Below, piece after piece: positions 53,676-64,000 of a DNA stretch of 64,000 bases. Position 1 is the first letter of the stretch; each line of letters begins with the position of its first letter. Where the stretch lies: the NCBI GenBank assembly GCA_951812995.1, contig CATOTD010000002.1:707468-771467 (forward strand), written 5' to 3'. The DNA comes from an uncultured Gammaproteobacteria bacterium. Its GTDB lineage: Bacteria; Pseudomonadota; Gammaproteobacteria; Eutrophobiales; Eutrophobiaceae. The notes beneath the pieces were generated by a model. It saw only the letters and a program-made list of their open reading frames with translations, had not been told where the DNA came from and ran no database searches. The position numbers were made by a program, and so were the translations under genes.

Positions 53676-54120
53676 CGAGGCCCTGTAAAATGATCTCGCC
53701 TGCGGGTGAGCAGGATTTAATTTCTATCCCTCGACCAACATCACAATCGGTAAGCGACAAGATTATATCGGCTGGCGGAAGTACGGTTTTGCCTTGTTCT
53801 GGCCACTCAAAAAAACAGATCGCGCAGCTATCACAATAATCGCGGATACCGATTACCTCAAGCTCTTCAGGGTCATTTATTCTATATAAATCAAAGTGAT
53901 AAATATCATGTCCGGCAACAACATAAGACTCAAGTAAGGTATAGGTAGGGCTTTTAACATGACCCGCATAACCCAATGTATTTAATACACCTCGAACCAA
54001 AGTCGTCTTGCCGGCACCCAAATCACCCCGTAGATAAATCCTCTCCCCACCCTGTAAACCACCCGCTACTTTAGCACCCAAGGCCAGCGTTTGTGCTTCA
54101 TTTTCCAAGATAAGGCGCAT
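53662..54120 (-). CDS. tsaE: tRNA threonylcarbamoyladenosine biosynthesis ATPase TsaE
   Basis: P-loop GDLGAGKTTLVRG; 152 aa. Confidence 0.9.
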   Translation of the reverse strand: MRLILENEAQTLALGAKVAGGLQGGERIYLRGDLGAGKTTLVRGVLNTLGYAGHVKSPTYTLLESYVVAGHDIYHFDLYRINDPEELEVIGIRDYCDSCAICFFEWPEQGKTVLPPADIILSLTDCDVGRGIEIKSCSPAGEIILQGLGPLH

Positions 54121-55622
54121 TAAATAAGGTTTACCAAGTGCCGCAGATGTGGCATCAAATCCATTGCCAATAATCCACGTTCCCCGCTATTGGCGGCACG
54201 ATCTGCCGCAGTGGCGTGTAAACAAACACCCATTTTTGTAGCCTGATCAATCTCAATATCCTGCGCCATTAAACCCGCAATAACACCCGCCAAGACATCG
54301 CCCATACCGCCTGATGACATACCAGGATTGCCAGCATCACACACAAATACAGCACCCGCCGTATCTGCGATTAAGGTCCCGCTACCTTTAAGCACGACCG
54401 GACCCCGGAACTTCTCATGCAAGAGATCTATTGCGCAGAACCTGTCGCGCTCGATAGTTTGCGGATCGGTTTTTAATAAGCGGGCCGCCTCGCCAGGATG
54501 CGGCGTAATCACCCAATTACCGGCCGATTGGTCGTCACCTTCGGCCAATAGGTTTAATGCGTCTGCATCAATCACTAACGGGAGATCCGATTCCATAACG
54601 TGGGCTAATAACCATCTAGCCCATGTCGACTGTCCTAACCCCGAGCCTATCGTTACCACATCAGCACGTTTAATCAATGGCAATAAATCAGCCAGCGTCT
54701 CAACACCATGCGCCATGATCTCCGGCCTTGCTACACTCAACAGACCAGCATGGGATGCGCGTGTCGCAACACTAACCAGCCCGGCACCCACACGTGCGGC
54801 TGCCTCTGCGGCCATCCGCGCGGCACCGAGATAACCTGCATCACCACCGACAACCAGTACATGTCCAAAGTGGCCTTTATGTGCATGACGCGGACGCGGC
54901 TTAAGTGCGCGATCAAACGCGCTGAGTTGCAGGCGTGATACCAGCGGGCCTGCCAGGCGTTGGTAGGCCGTTGCCGGCACAGCCAGATCATCGAATAGAA
55001 TCTTGCCCGAGTATTCCAGACCCTGACCGGTAAACATCCCGCGTTTCAAACCCACAAAGGTCGCGCTGACATCCGCATTGACGGCAACATTCATAACTTG
55101 ACCAGTGTTGGCATTTAAGCCTGATGGAATATCAATGGCCAGCACAGCAATAGCGGCGTTATTCACCGCCGTGATGACATCAGAGATATGCCCTTCGACG
55201 TTGCGGTCAAGCCCGGTACCAAACACGGCATCCACAATCACATCAATATTACACAATGCCGCAGATGTGAACGCAGATGATTGCACATTGTTCGCGAGTA
55301 AGGATTGATAGGCCGTTGCCGCATCGCCTTGCAGCGTTGCTGGATCAAGCAAATGAAAAACAACAACCTCCATACCCGCGGCTGATGCTAGATTGGCAAG
55401 CACATAGCCATCGCCCGCGTTATTACCACCGCCGCAAATAACAGCAATCGATCGGGCCTGCGGCCAGTGCTTTTTAAGACATTGATAACTGAACTTTGCA
55501 GCACGTTGCATCAGCGCATAACCCGAGATCCCGGCATCTTCTATGGCGATATGATCGATCTCTCTTACCTGCTCGGCAGAATATAAATTGATGGGCCAAT
55601 TTTCGTTTAATTCAGACATCAT
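54120..55622 (-). CDS. nnr: Bifunctional NAD(P)H-hydrate repair enzyme Nnr (epimerase/dehydratase)
   Basis: 500 aa; YjeF-N and YjeF-C (carbohydrate kinase-like) domains. Confidence 0.9.
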   Translation of the reverse strand: MMSELNENWPINLYSAEQVREIDHIAIEDAGISGYALMQRAAKFSYQCLKKHWPQARSIAVICGGGNNAGDGYVLANLASAAGMEVVVFHLLDPATLQGDAATAYQSLLANNVQSSAFTSAALCNIDVIVDAVFGTGLDRNVEGHISDVITAVNNAAIAVLAIDIPSGLNANTGQVMNVAVNADVSATFVGLKRGMFTGQGLEYSGKILFDDLAVPATAYQRLAGPLVSRLQLSAFDRALKPRPRHAHKGHFGHVLVVGGDAGYLGAARMAAEAAARVGAGLVSVATRASHAGLLSVARPEIMAHGVETLADLLPLIKRADVVTIGSGLGQSTWARWLLAHVMESDLPLVIDADALNLLAEGDDQSAGNWVITPHPGEAARLLKTDPQTIERDRFCAIDLLHEKFRGPVVLKGSGTLIADTAGAVFVCDAGNPGMSSGGMGDVLAGVIAGLMAQDIEIDQATKMGVCLHATAADRAANSGERGLLAMDLMPHLRHLVNLI

Positions 55623-56164
55623 TAAATTTTGAAAACATGCGCTCGATAAAATTTCAATTCATTGATCGAATCGCGTATATCGTCCATGGCCAGGTGGGTA
55701 GATTGTTTTTGATATGTATGAATATCGGGTGCCCAACGTCTGCTGATCTCCTTGATGGTGCTGACATCCAGATTCCGATAATGAAAATAGGCTTCCAAGT
55801 TTGGCATCAAACGGTGCATAAAACGGCGATCCTGACATATACTGCTACCGCACATGGGTGATTTCCCTTGCGCTACGTACTTATTTAAGAAAGCCAATGT
55901 TAAACTTTCAGCTTCAGCAACGTTATATGGACTATGCTTTACCCTTTGTACCAAACCGGATTGATTATGCTGGCGTGTGTTCCACGCATCCATTTTATCC
56001 AGTATTGCATCTGTCTGGTGGATTGCCATGATGGGACCCTCGGCAAGAATATTGAGCTGTGAGTCGGTAACAATGGTAGCAATTTCTATAATGCGATCAT
56101 GATCAGTATCGAGTCCGGTCATTTCCAGATCAATCCAAATGAGGTTGTTTTCAGAATCCGACAT
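55622..56164 (-). CDS. orn: Oligoribonuclease
   Basis: 180 aa; DEDDh exonuclease motifs ([10 protein letters not shown]...). Confidence 0.95.
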   Translation of the reverse strand: MSDSENNLIWIDLEMTGLDTDHDRIIEIATIVTDSQLNILAEGPIMAIHQTDAILDKMDAWNTRQHNQSGLVQRVKHSPYNVAEAESLTLAFLNKYVAQGKSPMCGSSICQDRRFMHRLMPNLEAYFHYRNLDVSTIKEISRRWAPDIHTYQKQSTHLAMDDIRDSINELKFYRAHVFKI

Positions 56165-56279
56165 AAAAATATATCCTGTTTTTTTAATAATTGGATCTTA
56201 ACCACTATTTAATGATTATTAACACTCTATAACGACTTAACGATAAAATAGACTTGAATTTTACGGAGATAAAAACCGC

Positions 56280-57524
56280 GTGAACCTTTTTACAATCATC
56301 TTTTTAACAAGTTTGAGTGCCAGCATCATAGCGCAGTGGTACCTTATACGACGACATATCAGCCATATTCGCGCTAATCGCGAGAATGTACCTGCTACCT
56401 TTAACGACAAAATTTCGCTTGCAGCCCATCACAAGGCCGCTGATTATACACAGGCCAAGGTTAAAACAGGATTCGCAGATCTCGTCATCGGTTCGGTATT
56501 CTTATTGATATGGACGCTCGCAGGTGGATTGCAACTGCTAGACAAGGGATGGCGTGCATTTGGCTTCGGCGATATTTGGACTGGCACCGGATTCATGCTA
56601 AGTGTTTTCGCCATCATGACAATACTTGAACTGCCAATGTCGATTTATCGTACATTCCAATTAGAACAATCGTTCGGCTTCAATAAAATGACACCCAAAA
56701 TATTTATTGCCGATCTGCTTAAAAATGCTGTGGTCGGGCTATTGATAGGAACACCATTACTATTGCTGATCTTATGGATAATGGAAAACAGTGGCGGTGG
56801 CTGGTGGATCTATGTCTGGCTTACCTGGTTGAGTTTTAGTGTGATCATGATGTGGGCTTACCCGGCGTTTATTGCACCGCTGTTTAATAAATTCAGATCA
56901 TTGGATAATGAAGCATTGAGAACGCGCATAGAAAATTTACTGATCCGCAATGGTTTTAAGAGTCAGGGTATCTTTGTAATGGATGGCTCTACCCGTTCAA
57001 CGCATGGCAATGCATATTTCACGGGTCTTGGCGCGAACAAGCGTATCGTCTTTTTCGATACGCTGGTTGACGAACTCAGTCACGCTGAAATTGAGGCCGT
57101 GCTTGCCCATGAGCTAGGACATTTCAAGTGTAATCATATTCGTAAACGAATCTCGATACTGGGCGGCGTATTCTTACTTGGTCTTAGCTTACTCGGTTGG
57201 TTGATTAATGAATCCTGGTTTTATAGTGGCCTCGGAGTCGCGCAACCATCACACTATATGGCATTGATGCTATTTGTCATGGTAGCGCCCGCCTTTACAT
57301 TTTTTCTACAACCGTTGTTCTCATTTATTTCTCGTCAACATGAATTTGAAGCGGATGATTTTGCGGCTGATCAGGCACAAACGGAAAACCTGATCTCTGC
57401 ATTAGTCAGCCTCTATCGTGAAAATGCAAACACCTTAACGCCAGATCCACTGTACTCCTCTTTTCATGATTCACACCCACCTGCACCCATCAGAATTGCA
57501 CACTTACAGGGTAAATGTGCGTGA
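56280..57524 (+). CDS. M48-family zinc metallopeptidase, Ste24/HtpX-like, polytopic membrane protein
   Basis: HELGHFKCNH (HExxH); multiple TM helices; 414 aa, typical of bacterial Ste24 homologues. Confidence 0.8.
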   Translation: MNLFTIIFLTSLSASIIAQWYLIRRHISHIRANRENVPATFNDKISLAAHHKAADYTQAKVKTGFADLVIGSVFLLIWTLAGGLQLLDKGWRAFGFGDIWTGTGFMLSVFAIMTILELPMSIYRTFQLEQSFGFNKMTPKIFIADLLKNAVVGLLIGTPLLLLILWIMENSGGGWWIYVWLTWLSFSVIMMWAYPAFIAPLFNKFRSLDNEALRTRIENLLIRNGFKSQGIFVMDGSTRSTHGNAYFTGLGANKRIVFFDTLVDELSHAEIEAVLAHELGHFKCNHIRKRISILGGVFLLGLSLLGWLINESWFYSGLGVAQPSHYMALMLFVMVAPAFTFFLQPLFSFISRQHEFEADDFAADQAQTENLISALVSLYRENANTLTPDPLYSSFHDSHPPAPIRIAHLQGKCA

Positions 57525-57817
57525 GACGATGCAGACTTCTGTTACCGGGTTGTTTGGCAGTGCTTTTGTTAATGAGTGCGTTAGCACAGGCTTTTGACAG
57601 CGGCAACGGAAAGACGCTACATGATGAAAATTGTGTACGTTGCCATAACGCATCAATATACACACGACCCGATAGGGAAATAAAAAACTATCCGCTATTG
57701 CGCAAACGTGTAGCGCAATGTGAAGTAATGGCAGAACTCATGTGGTTTGATGAAGAGGTCGATGCGGTAACAGTGTATCTGAACAATGCGTTTTATCATT
57801 TCAATACAAAAAAATAA
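57515..57817 (+). CDS. Small periplasmic putative mono-haem c-type cytochrome
   Basis: Signal peptide then CVRCH (CxxCH) motif; overlaps the M48 gene end by 10 nt. Confidence 0.5.
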   Translation: MCVRRCRLLLPGCLAVLLLMSALAQAFDSGNGKTLHDENCVRCHNASIYTRPDREIKNYPLLRKRVAQCEVMAELMWFDEEVDAVTVYLNNAFYHFNTKK

Positions 57818-57824
57818 AAATTAA

Positions 57825-58373
57825 CGAGCCTTTGCCGAATTCTGTGTAACTGCCGTTGGTTAAACGAAGTCCTTTAGTCGGTCTTCGAATTCGATCATAA
57901 AGCGATTCATCGCTGGTTTCCAATATTTAATCGGCATAGTCCACTGCTTTGATGCATCTTGAATGGCCAGATAGCTCACCTTTCTGGTAGCGTCATCGGT
58001 TGGAAACAACTTACGTTTTTTGATGGCTTTCCTGATGACGCTGTTGAGCGATGCAATGGCGTTGGTGGTATAGATTGCCTTGCGCATGTCCTGCGGGTAA
58101 TCAAACAGGGTGTTGAGGTTCTGCCAATGACTCTGCCAGGAACGGCTGGTCTTAGGGTATTTGGCATCCCATTCGTCACCAAAGACATCAAGCACCAACA
58201 GTGCTTCCGCCTCCGTAGCTGACTGGTAGATTTGCTACAAGTCGACTACAACCGCCTTGTAGTCCTTCCAGGTAACATACTGCATCGCGTGCCTGATCCT
58301 ATGCACAATGCATCGCTAGATGCGGGTTTGCGGGTAGACGGTATTGATGAGATCAGGAAAACTCTTGAGCCCG
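57825..58373 (-). mobile_element. C-terminal ~550-bp remnant of the second IS256-like element, with internal stops, truncated by IS256 copy 3
   Basis: Minus-strand translation ..DVFGDEWDAKYPKTSRSWQSHWQNLNTLFDYPQDMRKAIYTTNAIASLNSVIRK.. contains stops; end ..CGAGCC matches 31120. Confidence 0.8.
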
Positions 58374-59727
58374 GATAACGTAAATCATCTTTCGCAAATT
58401 TGAAGAGGCGGTTCCCCTTTATCTGGTTAAATAAAAAGTGACATAACCATTTATTTGACCAGGAGAAGAGTCGCCATGAGCGATGATACAAACAAGCACT
58501 TGAACAATGTAGTCCCTATTGATGAACAGGAACTGCAGGGCCATCTCAACAAAGTGGTACTGAATACTGTGGAAGACACCCTTAACCAGATTCTGGACGT
58601 TGAGGCTGATGCGCTGGTGGGTGCTGATCGATACGAACGCACTGAGACGCGCAAAGACGACCGGTCTGGTAGCTACACCAGGAAGTGCCACACAAGGGCT
58701 GGAGAGCTTGAGTTAAAGATGCCGAAGCTACGCAAGCAGACCTTTGAGATGGCGATCATAGAGCGCTATCGACACCGTGTAGCGTCAATTGAAGAGGCGT
58801 TGCTCGAGATGTATCTGGCAGGTGTTTCAGTACAACGTGTAGAAGACATTACCGCAGCATTGTGGGGTACCCGTGTCAGCTTAGGGACTATTTCAAAGCT
58901 CAACCAGCGTATCTATGGGCAGATTGAAGAGTGGCGTAATCGCCCCATAGGGAGTGATTTCCCTTATGTATACCTGGACGGTGTTGTGCTCAAACGCAGT
59001 TGGGGCGGTGCAGTGAAGAACGTTTCTGTTCTAGTCGCCATAGGTGTTAGGGACGATGGCTACCGCCGCATTCTAGGGATTGTTGAAGGTACTAAGGAGG
59101 ATAAGGTGGGATGGTCAGGATTCCTGCGTCATTTAAAGGCACGCGGTCTCAAGGGCATCAGGTTGGTGCTCAGTGATGCCTGTCTTGGGCGCAAGGAGTC
59201 GATCGGTGACTTCTACCCTGATGCTGAGTGGCAGCGTTGTATTGTGCACTTCTACCGCAACGTCTTCAGTCATGTGTCTCGTGGTCGTGTCAAAGAAGTC
59301 TCTCGCATGTTGCAGGCTATTCATGCATCTGAATATCTGGAATCTGCCAGGCATAAGGCCACGGAGGTCGAGAAGAAACTCAGGGACATGAAGTTATCGA
59401 GTGTAGCGGATTGGCTGGGTAGTGCATGGAAGAGACCCTAACGTATTATCGGTTTCTGGCAGAGCACTGGATTTGCATTCGGACTAACAATCCTTTGGAG
59501 AGGATCATCCGAGAAATCAGGCGGCGAACACGAGTAGTGTGTGCATTCCCGGATGGCAACTCGGCGTTGATGCTTTGTGCGGCAAGGCTTAGACACATCG
59601 CGGGGAGCTAGTGGGGAACGCGGACATATCTGAACATGGATTTGCTCCAAGAGATGGATAAAGAAAAGGATTTTCAGGTAGCGTAACAACCAGATTTAAG
59701 GGAAAGCCAAATCAGAAAGTGCGAAAG
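58374..59727 (+). mobile_element. IS256-family element copy 3; transposase frameshifted (58455-59441 and 59426-59611) by the same 1-bp deletion as copy 1
   Basis: Same ends as copies 1 and 2. Confidence 0.85.
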
Positions 59728-59729
59728 CT

Positions 59730-61028
59730 GGAAGCCTCTAAAAACCGTACATTTTGTGGTACGATCTGATTCACTTGATGTGGGAGGATTTTGTTTATGC
59801 ACGCACCTGGATTGTTTGATTTGACGGATCATTTGGCGCGGCTTTCGGCGATGGGAGATCCGCTTGAGGTTTTGGAGCGGCACGTTGATTTCGAAGTGTT
59901 TCGCCCAGTTCTTGTTGAAGCACTTGGCTATGGGGAACGTCCCAAAGGTGGTCGTCCGCCCTATGATGCCGTTGTGATGTTCAAGGTGCTGGTGTTGGCC
60001 TCGATGCACAATCTGAGTGATGAGCGGATGGAGTTTCTCATTCGTGACCGTTTCAGTTGGCTGCGGTTCCTGGGATTTCAAATCGGGGAGCCAACCCCCG
60101 ACCAAAAAACGCTCTGGCTTTTCAGAGAGAAGCTGACCCAGGCGGGTGTCTTCAATGCCCTGTTTGCCGCGTTTGAAGCTCAGCTGTGCGCGCGGGGATA
60201 CAAACCGACCGGCGGTCAGATTGTGGATGTCACGTTGGTCTTTGCCCCGCGCCAGCGGATGACGAAAGCAGAGAAAGCGCGCGCCAAGGCAGGTGAGGCC
60301 GCATCTGACATCTGGCCCGATGATCTGTCCAAGGCAGCGCAGAAAGACACCGATGTGCGTTGGACGGTCAAGTATTCAAAGGCCAAGACGACCAAGGAGG
60401 GTGAGGAGGATACTGGCCTTGTCGATATTTTGGTTCCGCACTTTGGCTACAAGAACCACGTGTCCATAGACCGCAAATGGCGCTTCATCCGGGGTGAGAC
60501 TGGCACGAATGCGGCTCGCTACGACGGGCATGAACGCTCCTCGGTTCTGGACGAGACAAACAGCTCGAAGGCGGTTTGGGCCGATACCAGGTACCGCTCG
60601 GCCAGGAATGAGGCTTGGCTGAAGGCGCAAGGGTACCGCTCACATATCCATCGCAAGAAGCCACGCGGCAAACCCATGGCCAAACATATTCGCCAGGGCA
60701 ACGCGACACGCTCCGCCATCCGCGCCTGTGTTCGGCTACGAGAAAGGACCCATGGCTCTGACCATCCGCTCAATCGGCCAAACCCGTGCGAAGGCCCGCA
60801 TGACCATGGCCAACCTGAGCTACAACTTCCGCCATCTGATTTTCCACGAGCGACGACAGGCCACAAGCCTGACTCTGTCCAAATTCGGAAATACCCGCCC
60901 TGGCAGACCCAAACAGCGCAACACAGCCTCAAATACCACCGACCTTGACCTTCACACCCGCTATGCGGGTGAGGCCGAGCGAAACTCGCTTCGTCCTCGT
61001 CCCAAAAACCAAGTTGTTCGAGGTTTCC
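59730..61028 (+). mobile_element. IS5-family (ISL2-like) element copy E, variant subtype; 385-aa fused ORF 59791-60948 (CAG in place of the TAG) but C-terminal frameshift and a diverged right end
   Basis: Junction with IS256 copy 3 is identical to the copy 2/copy D junction; right end GGTTTCC rather than GGTCTCC. Confidence 0.85.
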
Positions 61029-61059
61029 AACTTGTCAGACACTACTTTTGACAATAGCT

Positions 61060-61230
61060 CTCAACTTTGGCACAGACTTTGGATTGGTTCTTGTTTTTAG
61101 CCTTTTCCTGTTCCGTTTTATTCACAGATAGATAGCAACGGCATCAAACTGGACTGCTCCCAGCTTGTTCTTTGCCATAAGTAGAAGTAAATAAAATGAC
61201 GGTGTAGAACCCTCCCAACGCCTGGATACC
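61060..61230 (-). mobile_element. Diverged remnant of an IS5/InsH-like transposase gene
   Basis: Minus-strand MAKNKLGAVQFDAVAIYL-stop resembles the ..NNLGVALFDAVAVYLEE.. region of the InsH-like transposase. Confidence 0.5.
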
Positions 61231-61236
61231 GGTGTG

Positions 61237-63297
61237 TTACTCATCCTCACCCATCTTGGCAAAAATTGGCTCAAATAGCGGTTCTAGCAAGGTAAAACCA
61301 TCGGAAGTCATATGGACTTTTTCATAGTACAAAGGCTTTTGCCAATGGTGGGCTACGGGGCATATATCCTCACCGCATAAGATACCCGTAGGGTCAAGCA
61401 CATCCACATTGCCTAGGGGTTGGCTGATACCAGCTATGCGCTCATTTACCCATTTGTTGCGTGCCAGGTGCTCACTGGTTTTGATGGATTTGGAGTTTAG
61501 TTTGTGCTTAAGATTGATGGCATTCAGATTTCCATGCCTAGCCCTTTTGTAGAAAATGTCTGTCCTAAAGGGCTGTTCGGGGACGGTCAGTAATACATAC
61601 ACTTTGGCACCTTGACTAGAAAATGCCTTAATCGTTTCTTCAAGCTTTTCGGTGAATAGTTGGATACCCTCAGGCTTTGAGAGTTTTTCATTAGGCGCCT
61701 CAAGGTGGCGAATATGATCGGGATATACTCGCCACCTTGATATTAAAATTACTGCGGTTTGTTTAGTTGTTTTTGCCAGGGCTTGTTGCTTTAGTTCGTA
61801 GCACTTTTTATTGTGGGCAGGTGCTACCCTGGGAAATGATATATACGTATTAACCAAAGCAGCACAGGATCCCCAAATAAACCCTGCCCCCTTTTTGTGA
61901 TGCTTTTTAGCCCAGTTATTAATACTTTTGTAGGCGACACGAGCGTGACTATCTCCCACCAAGATAAAATCAAGCTTGGTGTTCTTTTCCCAGCTAGAAA
62001 TGCCATCTAACTCCCCTAAAGGGCAAAGCTCGTTTCTGTTGTAAAATGGACCGCAATATTCGTGTGTCCGTATCTTGGCAGCATCCATGAAAACCGTATG
62101 AGGCACTTTATCTAGTTGTTCACCTGTAATCTGAGGGATTATATAAGAGATTCTATCTAATGCTACCATCCCTCCTAAAACCAGAACACCCGATGCCATT
62201 GCCACAATTCTTGCCCCTTTGAACTTAAACCTCCTAAAGGGTTTCTCCACTAAAAAGTAGCTAACCACCGCCAGCAATAAGGCAAACCCTGTATATTTCA
62301 GTATCTCTAGGTCTGCGGTGAGACCGCCATAGGTATAGTTATCAATCCGCACCAGGGCAAACAGCGGTTGATGCCACAAATAGAAGCTATATGAAACCAG
62401 CCCCAGCCCCACAAACGGCTTAGAGGTAAGCAAGCGGGTGGTTAGCTCACCACTTGCGCCACTAAATCGTATAATCAACATGGTGCCTGCTACCGGTATC
62501 AGGTTTAGCAGCGGTGGGTGGTCTAGCTCGCCTTCATAAAAGTAAATGGGCAAAATGATCATCAGCAAACCCACGGTGGGTAGTAGCTTAGCCAGCCGGT
62601 TATGCGAGTTGGTATCAGGCGGATGGGTGAGTTCTAACTTGGCTAGTAATGCCCCTGCCCCCAGCTCCCAAAAGCGAGTGGGCAGCAAGAAAAACACCTC
62701 ATTGGGGTAATAAGTGCTGAGAAACTGGGCGGCCAATAGGCTGGCAAGCGATAATCCCGCTATAACCCCAAACAGATATCCGCGATAAAACCGCCACACC
62801 ACCCACAACAATGGGGCAAACACCAAGTAAAACTGCGCCTCCACCCCCAAAGACCAAGTATGAAGCAATGGCTTGAGTTTAGCAGGCGATGCCCAGTAGC
62901 CATCTTCAAACAAAAACCAAAAGTTAGAAACAAACCCCAAAGCCGACCACACAGAGCCTACGTATTCCTCAACCATTGCATAGGGCATCAAATACCCCAC
63001 AAAGGGCAAGGTGACTAACACCACCAACACCAAGGCGGGAACCAGGCGTTTGATTCTCCTAAGCCAAAAACCCCTAAGACTGAAACTCCCCGCAGCGACT
63101 TCTTGCAGAATAATAGAAGTAATGAGATAACCCGAAATAACAAAGAATATGTCTATGCCGATGAAACCACCCTTAAATGGATTCCACTTATCAAGGGCAT
63201 CCACAGTCAACTCACCATGAAACAACACCACTGCCATAACGGCTATGGCTCTTAGCCCATCTATTTCAGGGCGATATTTGATTGGATTGGATGACAT
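61237..63297 (-). CDS. OafA/YrhL-like O-acyltransferase: acyltransferase family 3 membrane domain plus C-terminal SGNH hydrolase domain
   Basis: 686 aa; 10-11 TM helices in the N-terminal half with a conserved early His; soluble C-terminal domain; flanked on both sides by IS remnants. Confidence 0.8.
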   Translation of the reverse strand: MSSNPIKYRPEIDGLRAIAVMAVVLFHGELTVDALDKWNPFKGGFIGIDIFFVISGYLITSIILQEVAAGSFSLRGFWLRRIKRLVPALVLVVLVTLPFVGYLMPYAMVEEYVGSVWSALGFVSNFWFLFEDGYWASPAKLKPLLHTWSLGVEAQFYLVFAPLLWVVWRFYRGYLFGVIAGLSLASLLAAQFLSTYYPNEVFFLLPTRFWELGAGALLAKLELTHPPDTNSHNRLAKLLPTVGLLMIILPIYFYEGELDHPPLLNLIPVAGTMLIIRFSGASGELTTRLLTSKPFVGLGLVSYSFYLWHQPLFALVRIDNYTYGGLTADLEILKYTGFALLLAVVSYFLVEKPFRRFKFKGARIVAMASGVLVLGGMVALDRISYIIPQITGEQLDKVPHTVFMDAAKIRTHEYCGPFYNRNELCPLGELDGISSWEKNTKLDFILVGDSHARVAYKSINNWAKKHHKKGAGFIWGSCAALVNTYISFPRVAPAHNKKCYELKQQALAKTTKQTAVILISRWRVYPDHIRHLEAPNEKLSKPEGIQLFTEKLEETIKAFSSQGAKVYVLLTVPEQPFRTDIFYKRARHGNLNAINLKHKLNSKSIKTSEHLARNKWVNERIAGISQPLGNVDVLDPTGILCGEDICPVAHHWQKPLYYEKVHMTSDGFTLLEPLFEPIFAKMGEDE

Positions 63298-64000
63298 TTA
63301 ATGTTTAAGGTATATCTGATTAATTAAGGCACTATCTCCCCAAAGACGGGTCTCTTCTCCATGCAGTAGGCCTCCAAGTACCTGTGAGTCGTGGACATGG
63401 GCTGGTGTGGCAACAACCGAGTGTATCAGTTTGGTTTTGCTATCCACACCGATGTGTGCCTTCATGCCAAAGTACCATTGCTTGCCTTGTTTGGTCTGAT
63501 GCCTATCAGGGTCACGGGTGTTGCTTTTGTTCTTGGTGGCGGTAGGCGCATTGATGATGGTCGCATCAACAATAGTGCCTTTGGATACTTTCATGCCGTT
63601 TTCCTCCAGATAGACGGCAACAGCATCAAACAGGGCAACTCCGAGGTTGTTCTCCTCCAGTAGATGACGGCATTGACAGCGGGTGGTTGCATCTGGCACG
63701 GGTTCCTGACCTAAGTCTATCTGGGCAAAACACCGCATGGCAGGTGTGTCATATAAAGCCGCTTCTGTGGCAGGATCAGATAAGGCAAACCAGTGTTGCA
63801 GGAAGTCAATTCTCAGCATGCGTTCCAGGCCCACCGGACGGCGACCAGCAGGGGTTGGGGTAATGAGGCTCAATTACTGCAGTCAGCGCTTGCCAGGGAA
63901 TGAGCTGATTCATCTCTTCGAGAAATATCTCTTTGCGTGTCTGCTTGCGGTATTTCTCGAATCCAGATACTGCCAAGCTTTTTTGTTGCATCTTTTGACC
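63298..64000 (-). mobile_element. Second IS5/InsH-like copy, partial (runs off the window end), with a 5-bp frameshifting deletion and a ~430-bp internal deletion that retains the right terminal repeat
   Basis: 63329 onward matches copy 1; 63298-63328 matches copy 1's right end (45931-45963); 5-bp deletion near 63865. Confidence 0.8.

Overview
This 64-kb window is a gammaproteobacterial chromosomal segment with Pseudomonas-like gene order (polA–DUF2782–thrB, aroC–MFS, nnr–tsaE–amiB–orn), heavily invaded by insertion sequences. The recognisable core genes are polA (5' partial), thrB, a PfkB kinase, a cation/proton antiporter, aroC, an MFS transporter, a truncated haemoglobin, an L,D-transpeptidase, a family-5 substrate-binding protein, rlmD, a PolB-like 3'-5' exonuclease, cysM, rimI, a family-4 UDG, leuA, pssA, catalase, mgtE, cysK, a complete system I cytochrome c maturation operon ccmABCDEFGHI, ettA, a PP2C phosphatase, ttcA, amiB, tsaE, nnr, orn, a Ste24-like M48 peptidase and an OafA-like acyltransferase. 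The mobile DNA comprises five copies of an IS5-family (ISL2-like) element, three copies of an IS256-family element, four fragments of a second IS256-like element, two IS5/InsH-like elements (one internally deleted), one IS1595-family element and an IS3 orfA remnant. These are nested in two hotspots (about 44.7–52.0 kb and 57.8–64.0 kb), and several genes are IS-disrupted: a Sel1 lipoprotein gene, a Res-like restriction enzyme gene, a hypothetical gene, and possibly a GGCT-like gene next to a frameshifted Fic pseudogene. The most unusual finding is a dispersed intergenic repeat family: a conserved ~28-bp head (GACCTTTGCACTAAAGTGATACTTGACC) followed by variable arrays (60–390 bp) of degenerate C-rich CGACYC/CAACCC hexamer-like repeats. 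It occurs at least five times, usually right at gene 3' ends, and supplies the last codons and stop of two genes. Other oddities are an AT-rich two-ORF islet between cysM and the exonuclease gene, a CMD–Rieske fusion protein, a triple ~40-bp direct repeat between pssA and catalase, and the absence of any fully intact copy of the five-copy IS5 element.
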